Part shown: one piece after another, positions 49,865-63,039 of the stretch
Numbering within the stretch: position 1 is the stretch's first letter
Layout of the letters: each line of letters opens with the position of its first letter
Assembly: GCA_026770705.1 (NCBI GenBank)
Contig: JANJGN010000140.1
Location: 1 to 64,000 of the forward strand
Direction: 5' to 3'
DNA length: 64,000 bases
Source of the DNA: Isurus oxyrinchus
Lineage: Eukaryota
Notes under the pieces: model-generated
The model's database searches: none
Told to the model about the DNA's origin: nothing
What the model saw: the letters and a program-made list of their open reading frames with translations, nothing else
Made by a program: the position numbers and the translations under genes

Positions 49865-52800
49865 GTAGATCAGTTTTTGATAAACAAGGGAGTGGAAGGT
49901 AACCGGGGTTAGGTGGGAGGTTACAGTCAGATCAGCCTTCACCTTATTTAATAGCGGAGTAGGCTCTAAGGGCAAACTACTCCTGCTCCTATTTCCTATG
50001 TTTGCAGATGCTTGCCATCCTGAAATTTGATTGATTTTCTACTTTGATGATTAAGGTGCTCGCAAGCCTTATATTCTTCCACAATGAACAATCACAACCT
50101 CATCAGTTGCTGATTTAAGAATTCATGAACCAGAATTTCATCTACTTATGCAAATGAACACGTACTTTCTTAATGACGTAGGCAAGTCAGAAAACGGAGG
50201 TAAATAATCTCGGGCTGAATATTAAATAGTAAAAGTAGCAGAAGCAAAAGAATGGAAATAGAGAAGTAATAATAAAATCAGAGCCATAAAAACCATAATA
50301 ACGTGGCAGAATAATCATGCAGCAATATTCGAGAATAAATTGAGAGTCGTTGTTTTACAGGCAAGATTCCACGAGTTGGCACTCCAAGATCTTATCTTTG
50401 GAGAAAACTTAACAAGCCGTCAGTTCACTACTCTGACAGGTGACAGCTGGGGATTACAGGAAATATTTAGGTGCCGTGACACGTTACTGTAAACAATAGT
50501 GCATATAGGGCAAGAATCAATAGATTAAGTCCCGACTTAGAGTTGGAGCCGTATAAATCATTATATTTCATGGTCCAATTTCACTGCACAGTCCGAAATA
50601 AAATGTTACCAAAATGAGAGACAGAGAGAGAGGCAGGCAGAGAGAGACAGAGAGAGAGAGAGAGAGATAGACCGAGAGAGAGAGAGATCAGTCCATCTTT
50701 CCGTGACCGAATATTTTGGTCACTATTGGCCACAGCTTCAAAGTATCTGGAAAATACTTGGACACTCAAATCCCTTCAATCCACTACAAAGGTCAGAGAG
50801 TTAAACATTCCCACTGCCCTCTGTGTAAACAATATTACTAACATCACAACAGCGACTAGACTGGAAAGGTACTTCCTTAGGTTGGAAAGTGCTTACTGAC
50901 ACCCTGAGTCTGTGAAAGGCGATTTCTCTTTTTGAGTGATGTTTGATTCCAGGTGTAAAAATTTAATGCCTCCATGTTTCTATGGTGTCCAGTAAAGTTT
51001 AATTTTCCGAATTCCCTTCTCTTTAATTCAATCCTTTTCCCTGGATTGTGTTGATGAAGGGTCAAGACGTCCTGGGATTATCAGGATTCTGTCTCCGGTA
51101 TTTTCACAGATTCTGTCCACTCGACGGGACACTGTTAATGTGTCGGAAACGACAATCCGGGAATTTACTAAGGAGCCCCTGACGGAAACTGCCTTCCTGT
51201 TCAGAGAGCCCCAGTGATCGAGGCGCCTAGAGGCCACTGCGACCCGTATGTCAATCAACAACCTGATCACCACTATGAAAGTCTTATACTCATGTACCTG
51301 ATCGTGTATATATAAATTATGCATTCACTTTCAGGAAGCTGCACATGCATAACAACACAAAGGCCATTCTGCAAACACTACATCTCAGCCGCAGATTCAG
51401 ATATTCGCCCTATCGCCTCTGAACAAGACGTTTCAGGCTTCCGTCCATTTCTCGAGGCAGAGTCTATACTGATACTTCAGTTCAGTCCTCAGGGAATGGT
51501 ACACCATTAGAGGGGCCGGCTTTCGGATGAAATGTTAAATCGAGGACACCGTCTACCCTTTCAGGTGGACATAATTGATCACATGAGCGCTATTTTGGAG
51601 GAAGAAAGGGAAATTGGCCCGGACAATATTTCTCCAACAATCACCGTAACCGAAATGGTTGTAGTTGTTGAATGTCAGCCATCTCAGCTCCAGGACAAGC
51701 AGTGGTAGATCGATTTTTGATAAGCAAGAGAGTGGAAGGTAACAAGGGATAGCTGGGACGTTACAGTCAGATCAGCCATAAACTTATTGAATGGCGGAGC
51801 AGGCCTGAAGGGCCGACAGGCCTACTCCTTCTCCTATTTCCCATGTTCGTTTATATTTGGCATCCTGAATTTTGGATGATACGGGTACTCGCAAGCCTTA
51901 CTTTCTTCCGAACTGAACAATCATAACCTCATCAGTTGCGGATTTAAGAATTCATGAACAAGAAATTCATCTATGCAAGTGAACACGGACTGTCTTAATG
52001 ACGTAGGCACGTCGGAAAATTGAGGTAATTAATCGAGGACTGAAAATTAAATAGTAAAAGTAGCAGAAACAAAAGAATGGAAAGGCAGAAGCTACAGTGA
52101 TAATACAACTAAAGCCATAAAAAAATAATGTGGCAGAATAATCATGCAGCAATTTTCGAGAATAAATTAAGAGCCGTTCTTTTACAGACAGATTTCCACT
52201 AGATGGCGCGCCGTAACCTTATCTTCGGAGAAAACTTACCAAGCGCTCAGTTCACCGCTCTGACAGGTGACAGCTGGGGATTATAGGAAACGTTTTGGCG
52301 TCGTGACACGTTACTGTAAACAATAGTGTAAATAGGGCAAGAATCAATAAATTAGTTCCACAAGATACTGAGAGATGGAGCCCTATAAATCATTGTATTT
52401 CATGGTCCAAATTCACTGCGTAGTCCGAAGTAAAAGGCTACTACAATGAGAGAGAGACAGAGATAGAGAGAGAGAGAGAGAGACAGAGACATAGAGAGAG
52501 ACAGAGAGAGAGAGACAGAGAGACAGAGAGAGATCAGTCCATCTTTTCCTGACCGAATATTTTGGTTACTATTGGCCACAGCTTCAAAGTATCCGGAAAA
52601 TACCTGGACACTCAAATCCCTTCACTCCACTACAAGGGTCAGAGTGACAACCCTTTCTGGCAGAGAATTAAACATTCGCACTGCCGTCTGTGTGAACAAA
52701 ATTTCTCACATCACAGCAGCGACTACACTGAAAAGGTACCTCATTGGGTTGGAAAGTGCTTACCGACACCATGAGTCCATGAAAGGCGATTTCTCTTTCT

Positions 52801-53535
52801 GAGTGATCTTTGATTCCAGGGGTAAAATTTAATGGCCACCTGTTAACAGGGGGACCAGTAAAGTTTATTTATTTACATTTCCTTCTCTTTATTTCGATCC
52901 TTTTTCCTAACTTGTGTTATTGAGGGATCACCACGTCATGGGATTACCAGGATACTGTTTCCTTTCTGTTCACAGACTCTCCGCTCAACGGGACACCCTA
53001 CTCTGTCGGAAGCAACAGTCCGGCAATTTACTGAGGAGCCCCTGACGGAAACTGGCTTCCTGTTCTAGGAAGGCCAGTGATCGAGGCACCGAGAGGCGAC
53101 TGCACCCCGTATGGAAGATTTGTACTCATTTACCTGACCGTGTATATATAAACTATATATTCATTTGCAGGAAGGTGCAATTGCATAACAATACAAAGGC
53201 CATTCTGCAAACACTAATGTCAGCCGAGGCTCAGTTATTCACCCTATTGCCTCGAAACAAGGCGTTTCAGGATCCTGTCCCTCTCCGGAAACTTGACCCC
53301 CAGGATCTATGCCGATATTTCAGTCCTTGGGGAAATAGGCATCGCCAGAGAGACTGGCTTTCAGATGAGATGTTAAATCGAGGGCACCGCCTAACCTCCC
53401 AGGTGGACATGATAGATCACATGAGCATTATTTTGAAGAAGAGAATGGGAATTGTCCTGAACAATATTTCTCCACCAATGATCGTCACTGGAACTATTGT
53501 GGTTGTTGAAGTTCAATCACCTCAGCTCCAGGATA
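49865..53535 (+). repeat. Tandem duplication, ~1.84-kb unit (49865-51700 / 51705-53535)
   Basis: Both units begin GTAGATC..TTTTTGATAA.CAAG and end CTCAGCTCCAGGA; each contains a (GA)n tract and a Deu-SINE fragment. Confidence 0.85.
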
Positions 53536-54090
53536 TCACTGCAGGAGTTCCTCAGAATAATATCCTCGGCCCAACCACCTTCAGCTGCTTCATGAATGAC
53601 CTTCCTTCCATCATAAGGTCAGAAGTGGGGATATTTTGTGGGTAATTGCACAATGTTCAACACATTTCGCGACTCCTCAGATACTAAAGCAGTTCATGCC
53701 CATATGCAGCAAGATCTGGACAACATCAGGCTTGAGCTGACAAGGGGCAGATAGCATTCAAGCCGCACAAGTGCCAGGCAATGAACATCTCCAACAAAAC
53801 AGAATCTAACCATCGTCCCTTGACATTCAATGGCATTACCATCACTGAATCCCAAACTGTCACCAGACTGGGGGTTATCATTGACAAGAAACTGAACTGG
53901 CCTAGGCATATAAATACTGTGGCTACAAGACCAGTTTGGAGGTTAGGAATCCTGTGGCGAGCAACTCACCTCCTCACTTCCCAAAGCCTGTCCACCGTCT
54001 ACAAGGCACAAGTCAGGGGTTTGATGGAATATTCTCCACTTTCCCAGATGAGTGCAGTTCTCACGGCACTCAAGAAGCTTGACACACACC
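53490..54090 (+). mobile_element. LINE (CR1/L2 clade) RT fragment
   Basis: DITAGVPQNNILGPTTFSCFMNDLP; LGVIIDKKLNWPRHIN; YKAQVRGLMEYS. Confidence 0.85.
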
Positions 54091-56539
54091 GACGTCCATG
54101 AGACCGCCCCCACACCTCGCCTGCATCAAAGTGGGTCAGCCCCACACTTTATCCTGAATGTTTAAAACCTGAACAATATTCCAGTGACAATGCGTGAAAT
54201 TCCCTCCTTCCAGCGCCGCCTCCACCATCACCGTTGTACATCGGCTCAGTACCTGTTTGGCCTCAATGGTTAAAAACCTGAGATATTTCCCTGTGAAGAT
54301 CAACGAATGAGGCCCCCATGCCGTCTTCTCTCACTAGTTAAAGATTTCAATCATTGAGCTGTGACAGGCGAATAGCACCTGGTCTATGGAGTAGCTCTGT
54401 GTCTGTCTGCGTGCTTTGAGACACGGACAGAATGTGGAACATGAAACTGGGACTAGGAACGATGGGTGATGCAGAGGGAGTTTGAATAAAATGAGACCCA
54501 GTACGGTGCATGTGCAGAGAAACAGCAACAGAGGGACATAGGTGAAGGTGAGATTGAACACATTGAGTGGTAAAGAGACACATCAACAGAGAGAGATGCA
54601 AAATGCTGAGGTGAGGACAGTTAGTGATATAAAGAGCGAACAGCAGAATGATATCGATGTGGATATGTGTTGATAAATGTAAATGCACAGAAAGTAATTG
54701 GTTGATAATTACTGTTCTCCCACATGACCCTTGGTGCCGTGAACTGCGGTAAAGCGATCATCACAGCTCTGTGTAATAATAATAGATGAAAGAGACAAAC
54801 ACTGACTGAAGTTCTGGGGCACGCGCACAATCTGTAGTGACACCAGGAAACATGAGAATTCGTGAAACCTGCTGGTTTTAATAAGGAAAATAGGAATGAC
54901 GCTGGAGGAAACAATGGGAAACAAAGGCAAAAAATAACAAACAGCAATGTAGGTGGAGGTTTATTATTCCATATATTATACTGTTTCAGGCCGTGGCAGA
55001 GCAGAGCTCAGCTCTTTAATAGAACCTGACTTGTGAGTGTAACAGCCCATAGCATGAGAGAGACTAGCCAGGGTTTCCTGTCCGCTGTGCGCTCATTCTG
55101 CCTCTGAGGTTTGGCAGAAAAGGACAAAGGTAAAGGGCTCTTTATTCTGATGTGACAATGGATGACGCAATGGCCCCTTCACTGAGGGGCCTTGAGTTCA
55201 AACACAAACGACCCAGGACTGCCGAAGAAACCCTGTCAGGGAAAGGGGAAAAAACATGTTATTGGGAAAATGCAGCGGTGTGGAGGAGCCTTGGAGAAAA
55301 TCATTCATCAAAGTCCAAATTAATTCATCGTCATTCAACATTTGTTTGCAATTTCACAAAGAATATTTTAGAGTATTTTTCTAATAATTGACAGAAAGTG
55401 TTTATAACAACTGGACATCACCTTGAGAAAAAAAAGTACACGGGAACAGAGAAAAGTGGGGTTTAGTGTAGAGAGAAGAGAACAATTGAGTGCAAAACAA
55501 GGAACACTTTAATGCTAGACATCTGGAATATTCAAACAACTGTGAAAATCTAAGATATATTTCTATTACAGCCAGAATCACCTCACACACTTCAAATCGC
55601 ATTTATCTGTTTCCTCTGTTAACTGAAGACATTTTACTTTGAGAATTGTCAAGAGGACATATTTTATATTCATAACATAGTGATCTTAATAAACAGATGT
55701 GGAAAATCCACGGCGTTGGCCATTCAACGGGTCATATGATAAAGGGTTGAACCAAAGTTTTATGAAGTGAGGAATTTATCTAGGCCTTACTGTCCACGAG
55801 ACGTTTGTCGATTTTTCCAACCGCTTCAGCCAGATTTAAATGTGAATGGATTGAATCTTCTCACTTTCACCAGAGTGACGGCAGCGCTGTGGAAAATAGT
55901 GAAGAGGAACGGGATGATAAATTTAGAAGCGGTTATTCAGGTGTTGTTGCTCTCTTCTTCGTTGTCTTCAATCCAGATGTAGTCTGAGAAATCTACGAGA
56001 GTGTAGAGGAGAAAAGCTAATCAGATGGGTTAATAACCCGGGCACAATATTAGTGTAGATTCTCTTTTCTCCTCCTGAAGGTACATGTTTCTTCTCTACT
56101 TTACTTTTCAATGTGCATCTTGTAGTATGTTAATCACTCTGAACAATTTCTCTGTTTCTACCTCCACTGCTGCTCTTCCTGAATGATCCTCTAAGTCACA
56201 CAGAAATATTGAATTCTGATACTAATCACTGGCAAGGCGCGTGAGTGAAAGGTTTGGGAGATTGTGAAATAGATACTAAACTGTGGAGGAAAGATGCGCT
56301 CCGAGATGGGTGCTGCCAGTTTCGGATCTGGGTTTAATATACGACTAGAAGGATGAAAATATTTAGAATAATCTGTTATTTCCTGTCGAATTCTAAACCA
56401 GACACTATGAATTCCCCCATGTTCCTTCCTGATGAAACTGGCCTTCCTGCCTGGTGAATCTATGTTTAATTAGTCAGTGTGTTATCCAGGCGTTGTATTG
56501 ACCCTCTGAGTTTGAAGCATTCTGGATTTGTGCTGCAGC

Positions 56540-56870
56540 AACAATTAGCGATGATCCAGTGTTCCAGGATCCTTCTGAGTTAACGCTTCGGGAAAGGCAG
56601 ACTTTAGGTACTCGACAAACTAACTTGACCCCACTCTGTTCCGGTATATTCAGTGTCCCGGGGAAGTTCTAAGATATTACTGAAGATATATAACTTGGGG
56701 AATGAAGCGAGGTCTCCAAACTTACCAAACAGGTTATTTGCTGATTTCCACAATGGAAACAAAACGTTTCCTCTAACGATCACAAGGGTGATTCTCGCCG
56801 AGAGCGCGGTGTATTTCTATGCTATGAACCGACATTGTTGCAGAGATATAGCGGATCCCGTGCTGAAACC
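56540..56870 (+). pseudogene. TCR V pseudogene
   Basis: DDPVFQDPSELTLRE..; KTFPLTITRVILAESAVYFYAMN; decayed RSS GACATTG-24-GCTGAAACC. Confidence 0.8.
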
Positions 56871-57796
56871 CTCACTGGGAGTTCAACTGTGATCTCGCAC
56901 CAATAAAGAGAAACAATAATTCAATCACCGCAAAGAGAGTCAAAGGGACATTCCTGAAAGATCATAACAAAACACAACACTCAACAAGAAGAGGTCAGGA
57001 ACACTTGCAGAATTATATTAGATTATTTAAATTCGCTTTTGTATTATAACCGACCCTCATAGGTTTATTTACTTTAATTTACACAATGTATTTTACTGCA
57101 GATTCAGTGCCTGTCTGTAATATTGAACAACCATTTTTTAATCTCCCTTGTCAGTTTCCTGGAGCCTTATAGCTAGAGCTGTTCACAGGGTTTATTTGAT
57201 CAGAGTGTGTTGCTGGGTCAGAAAATGTTTATGCACAATGAACAGATTTCACAAGGGTGCGTTCTTTAAAACAAACCCCAAGTACAGATTGAGCTTCAGA
57301 ATGTTTCCTTAATGCTGGAATGTTTTCTGTCACCAATAACAATGCCGAGTTTGCTTGTGACAATGAACAGACCGGGATTTCATTCCCCCAACCTCCGTCT
57401 CTACAAGTGCAGCCAATCCCCTATCAGGGAACTGACTGCAGTCCAGCTCGGGGTACTTCCCTTCAGTGTCAGACAGCTCACCACTGACGGACCCCCAGGC
57501 CAACGGAGACACAAGGAAGTGAAGTGAGAGCATCTTGAGACGCGACAGCAAATTATTGAGGGTGGGGATTAGAATGGATGTCTTCAAATCAGATTCTGTG
57601 ATAGCTCTCTTGGTCGGTTAGAGTTCTGCAGTTTATCCTGTCGGTCGCTCCTGGAAACGGTTAGTAACAGTTTGATCCGAGGTCAATGTAGTTTTCTCTC
57701 GGTTTGTGTTTGAGAGGCCGACAAGCTGACACTGCATCTGCCCGAGATTCTCTACAAACCCCAACAGACAGGAGCCCTTATTCACAGTGCCAAGGC

Positions 57797-58302
57797 AGTT
57801 TTTGCACAGGGGTGAGACAGCTTTCCATCACTGTGAGTCTGAGAGCGCAGTAATACACGGCAGCGTCAGTCAGCTACAGATCAGAGATGGTTAAACTGGT
57901 GAATTTATTCGAGGTCTGGAGCTCTGCAGAGAAACGGCTTTTAGCAAAATCTGCTTTATCTTCACCACTACTCGAGTGTTTCCACAATATAAACTCAGGC
58001 TGTGAGTTTGGGTGGTGCCGGCACCAGAACAAATAATAGTTACTCATTGTCGTCTCAAAGGTACAGTTTAAAGTCACCGCTTCTCCTTCTGCCTTTCCCT
58101 CTGAGGACAGCGGCTGAATGACATGATCTCTATGACTCAGATCTGTAAAACATGTTCAAACAGAAAATGGTCGGACCGAGATCATTTTAAAATTCACGTT
58201 TACGGCATTTTTTGAAAAATAGGGGAAAATAGTAAATGTGTCTGGCTCATATTTACCTGTCAGAAATGCTTCCCACACAATCCAGATGCTGAGGAGCCGC
58301 AT
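57797..58302 (-). pseudogene. TCR V pseudogene (paralogue of 31.9k V), in-frame stop
   Basis: Leader MRLLSIWIVWEAFLT|gtaaat intact; exon 58142-57836; TAG at 57876-57874; CACAGTG-23-GCAAAAACT. Confidence 0.9.
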
Positions 58303-59745
58303 TGTCGCTGTCCGTTCTGTAAAAAGGGGAGTTGGATGTTTGAAGATAGCCGTTCTAAACCCCACCCTGAACAATCTGCTGTCGCGTCTCATGATGTTCT
58401 CACCTCACTCCCTTCTGTCCCCAGTGGTGATGTGAGGACGTCAGCTGTGAGCTGGCTCCCAATGAGTTGAAAAATCCCTAGCTGGGGTACAGTCAGTGTT
58501 CTTATAGGTGAAATGGTTTCGTAGTTAGACTAAAACCCTTATTTAGTTGTTGTAACCGGAGGCATGGGTTTGGCGATTTAGTTTGTTTATTCTGGCGTCA
58601 ATTCTTCAGCTGAAGTTCCAGTAGCCTTAACAACAGGATACAGGTAACAGTGACTCCAGTGAGATTTCCCTCCTCAATCAGTGAAGTAGTGAACTAACAA
58701 TAATTTCGCCATTTTGCCAGAGTGTTTTTTGGATCCGTCATATTGAAAGGATGATATTTGCTGACACTGAACATACACTGAGTAAAAATTAATCATAAAC
58801 TCGCGTGTAATTTAATCAGCGTTGAACTTTTCTGTGATTTGCATTTTAATTTCTGTTTCAATTTGTTCTGTGAATTCTGACATTCTTCGTGTTTGTGATG
58901 ATTAATCTAACCATCCATCATATACAGGTTTGGAATTTGTGATGAGAGAGAATTTGGGTTGCGGCGCTTTTTAAGCAACTTATCTCCTATCGCTTTAAAG
59001 TGGGCGGGAACAGAGAGCCAGAGCGGGTTCAAAGCTTCCAGGATGAGCTGCAGAGCGGGTTTTTATTAACAAGAATTGAGTACCAGCAGGACTGTTTTAA
59101 TAACCTTAGCTGGGGTTAGAAAATGGCTGTGGAGCAGAAAAAGAAATAAACCAGAGACATTTTTAGTTTGTCTTTCGCTCCTTTAATATCCATTTTCACC
59201 ACCGATGCAGTTAGAATTACTGCGACCTGACGCCCTCTAGTGAGTATTCTGAGAAATGTTCAGACGCCGCTGGTCAGATTGTGAGAGATTCTTGATTTAA
59301 TCACTGATTTGATGTGACAGTTCATATTTGTAGGATGTTCAGTTTCAGCGGTCCTGACTTAATATTCTGAGCAAAAAAACAAACGTTTTATATTACTGAA
59401 CTAAAGACTGTAAGAAGAAATAAAAAGGGCGATGATTAAATAATAAAGTCAGGCGATGAGAGGAAACAGGCTGGGAAAATATAGGGAAAGGCAGGTCAGT
59501 TAAGATTCCACAGGTGTATCTGTAAATTTAATTTTTACATAAATGTGAGTTGTTGGTATGATTTTACAAGTGTACATCCCCTGTTCTTGTTGAATGTTGT
59601 GTTTCATTGCAATTTTAAAAGTCTATGTAAATCTCATTGTGGTGGCTGAATTATTGCTTCCGTTTTTATTAAATTTATTGAATTATTTCTTTCCGTTTTA
59701 TTGTTGCCTCAGCGCCCTCTAGGGACTCAAGTTGAAACCAGCGTG

Positions 59746-60261
59746 GGTTTTTGTCCGTGATCCTCCATATCTCTGCAGCATTGTGGGGCTCCAAGGCACA
59801 GAAATACACGGCAGAGAGCAGGGTTTTGCTAATAATTACCTCAGCAGTTCAGATTGTCTTGCTAAAGCGTTGAAAGAATTGTTCTGTAAAGTCTGGGTTC
59901 CGCTTTATTATCCCTCTGCAGAGATAAAACACAAACTGTGGAGTCTGCCTGGGCTGCTGATTGTACCGGAACACATAAGGGCTGGGGTGGCTTGTTTTCA
60001 AAGTGCAGGGCATGGTGACATTCCCTTCCTCTTTGACAGTCATTTCAGTTACATACTGCTCTACTGAATCTTGATTGCTCTGTTCTGACACAGATAATGA
60101 CAATATTTATCGTTACTTCATCATTACAAGCAATTTGCTATAAAGAATATTTGGCATACGGCAGCCGGGGGGGGGGGGGGGGGGGGGGGGAAGAATGTTT
60201 TTTTTTACATATACTTACTGAAATGCGATATAATAATGCGTGGCCTGACATATTTCCACGT
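59746..60261 (-). pseudogene. TCR V pseudogene (paralogue of 33.9k V)
   Basis: Start ATG->ACG; W41->R; frameshift in FR3; CACAATG-24-ACAAAAACC. Confidence 0.88.
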
Positions 60262-61067
60262 TGTCCCCCGAGTCTGTTATTCTGTTGTCCTGGAATCCTC
60301 TGTCAGCTTAGAAACAGAGATTGCCTCCCCACTGCGCTGCTGATCCAACCAATGTCAAACAAGACAAAGCGGCGACAAGCTCTCCAATAAAACAGGACAG
60401 GCAAGGCAGGTCAGAGCGACAACAGCAAATGGAAGCTGTGGGCGTGGCTACCGCAGGCAGTGTTGTCACACGTAGGATTTATCTACAAGGAACTGAACTG
60501 AAATAATAATCACACCTTCGAAAATTATACAACTTTGCCTCTCTCTCACAACTCAGTTTATACTTCATTCCATATTCCGAGCCTCATAGATAGCAACAGA
60601 AGTGTCAGAGTTAGTATATCATTCAGTAGTAAGTGAAATCTTCTTCAGCACTGCGGATTGAAATCAGGACCGAATACATGAGCAACCGGATTGGAGTGGT
60701 CCTGAATGAATGTAAAAGGAAGTCGATAAAACTTAAATGTTTATATTAAACACGGGAAAAGGAAATGTGCGCAATTTTCAGAAAAGTCTGAAGACGAGTG
60801 GTCAGGAAAACTCAGGAAGGGAAAGGTGTCGAAAACCAAAAAGGAGAAATTAGGCATGGCAGGCCGATTTGTCAATCTCATATCTATTAGAAATACAAAT
60901 TGTAATCACAAACTAATGAGACAGTACAAGTGGACCTCGCCAGTTGCTGTTATCAAGTGTTGTGTTTTGTTGCAATTTTCAGAATCTTTCTGTCACTCTC
61001 ACAGTGGAAACTGAATTACCGGTGTGTGTGCGCCCTCTGGTGAGCACTGTTTGGAACTGCCAGTGAG

Positions 61068-61640
61068 GGTTTTTGTACAGAACCCGCTATAACTGCAGCA
61101 GTGTGGGGTCCATGGTTCGGAAGTGCACGGCGGTATCGGGGATCAGTACGTTTGATAAAAATAACAAGATTACCGAGCTAACGAGTAATGGATCGTTAGC
61201 TCGGTAATCTTGTTATTTTTATCAAACATGGAAGAAAACCAATCATTGAGGTCAGTGTTTGTTTGCACATTCCGGCTAATAAGACGAAACATGTACATTG
61301 GCGGATTCCCGGGTCGCTGACGGTTCCAGTACACATTAGGGCTTAAATCACTTGTTTTCAAGGTGCAGGTCACTGTGACATTACTTTCTGCTTTTGCCGT
61401 TATTGTAGGAACCCGTTGTTCCACAGTGTGTTGGTAGCTCAATTCAAACAGAAATAATAGTAACAGACAATCAGCGCCAGCCTCCTATTGATCAACATAA
61501 TCACCAACACCGCCATCACTATTATTTTAACAACAATAACATCTAGACAGCAGTCAGGAGGAGAATGGAGTTTTACTGGGAAGGGAATACTTACTGAGAA
61601 GAGATATAAAGATGAGGAGAGGAGCGAGAAGGTTCCCCAC
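61068..61640 (-). pseudogene. TCR V pseudogene (paralogue of 35.2k V) with inverted duplication in FR3
   Basis: ATG->GTG; acceptor lost; VTCTLKTSDLSPNVYWNRQRPG; 35-bp inverted repeat; second Cys lost; CACACTG-22-ACAAAAACC. Confidence 0.88.
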
Positions 61641-61959
61641 AATACTTCCTGAGTCTGTAACGCTGCAGTGCAAGAAATCCTCTGTCGAAGCAGAAATACA
61701 GACCCTGTCCCACTGCATTGCTGATCCAACCAATGAGAGGAATGGACCAGCGGCAGCAATCCCTCCAGTAACACAATCAGGTCAGTGCGGCAGCAGCAAA
61801 TGGAAGCTGTGGGCAGGGATAAGCAGACTCAATTTTGAGGGAAATGCGCGGTGACTCTCAGCTGCACCTGGAACTGGTGGAGCGGAAATAGCGACGGTTG
61901 GATCTTCAGAAGTCTCTGACTACCTTCCGCCTGCTCACGGCCCAAGTGTCTGAGGTTAT

Positions 61960-62398
61960 GACGAGAAGGAAAAGAGGCTTTTAGTAGGTACCGGGGAAGC
62001 AAATCAGCAGAGGCATTACTGGAGGACAGACAGTGCAGGGTGGAGCTGAAGAAAGCAACTAGGAGAGCAAACAGGGGATATGAGAAAGCACTGGCTGGTA
62101 AAAGTAGGGAAAATCCTAAGATATTCTACAAGTGTATCAATGGGAAGAGGAAAACCAGGAAAAGAGTAGGGCCCATAAGGGACGAAGGTGGTAATCTATG
62201 GGTGGAGCCAAAGGACATCGTTAGAGTGTTGAATGAATACTTCACATGTGTCTTCACCCATGAGAATGAGGATGAAGGTATGGAACTCAGGGAGAGAGAC
62301 TGCGAGGTTCTTAAGCAAATTGATATAGGGAATGACAAGGTATTGGAGGTGTTGGCGGGCTTAAAAGGGGACAAATCTCTAGGTCCGGATGATTTGTG
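61960..62398 (+). mobile_element. CR1-like LINE ORF2 internal fragment
   Basis: KENPKIFYK.IN.KR.TR.RVGP..LNEYFTCVFT.E..DKSLGPD. Confidence 0.88.
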
Positions 62399-63039
62399 AA
62401 CAGAGGTAGAGAAATCTCTCGAATGAACAGTAACTAAAGCTTAATATGAAGGACTGTTCTTCCAGACCGTTAACTCAGACAGACCAGAGGACATTCTTTG
62501 TCACTCCTGTAACAAAATGCAGAATTTGTCAAATCTGGGACTGGATGTAACATATGAAGTGTACAACTACTTAAACATAGACTCACCGTATAACAAGACC
62601 ATTGCTACCAGAAGGGAACGTAGAGAGTATCTGACTTCGATTTCGACAGAAAATAACTAAACTTAGAAAGTTAGCTGATATTGTTGCCCTGATATTAAAG
62701 AGTAATCACGGATCAGGGGCAGGAGTCACTTATTGAGATGCCGTGGGGGAATGTTAATGAAAACCCAGCTCTCTGATAACGGCACAGGCGACAAAATGTC
62801 ATAAGAGGCTCGGCTTTGCCAGCCGCTGGCAATTTAAAACATTGAAATGTGAACCGATCACCGATCACTGATCCAGATGGTTTTCCAGACAAACGAACGG
62901 GCTGGAATTTCAGAACCAATTTTCTGAAATATGATGCATCCAATTGGGATATTCACCGTTTTCTTTCCACAGGGCTGTTCTGACTTAAGGAAACTCGGTT
63001 GGAAAATAACGCTTGTTTGGCATGTTTAGCTTGCATTCA

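Larger units (their letters stand above)
56944..61960 (+). repeat. Segmental duplicate of ~30302-36050 (same orientation)
   Basis: Collinear similarity from GGGACATTCCTGAAAGATCA through three V genes; 62396-62830 further matches 37807-38250. Confidence 0.9.

Noticed and set aside
55790-55990. Possible V relic (FKCEW..HQSDG..DKFRSG)
   Set aside because: No YYC or RSS; similarity too weak to support
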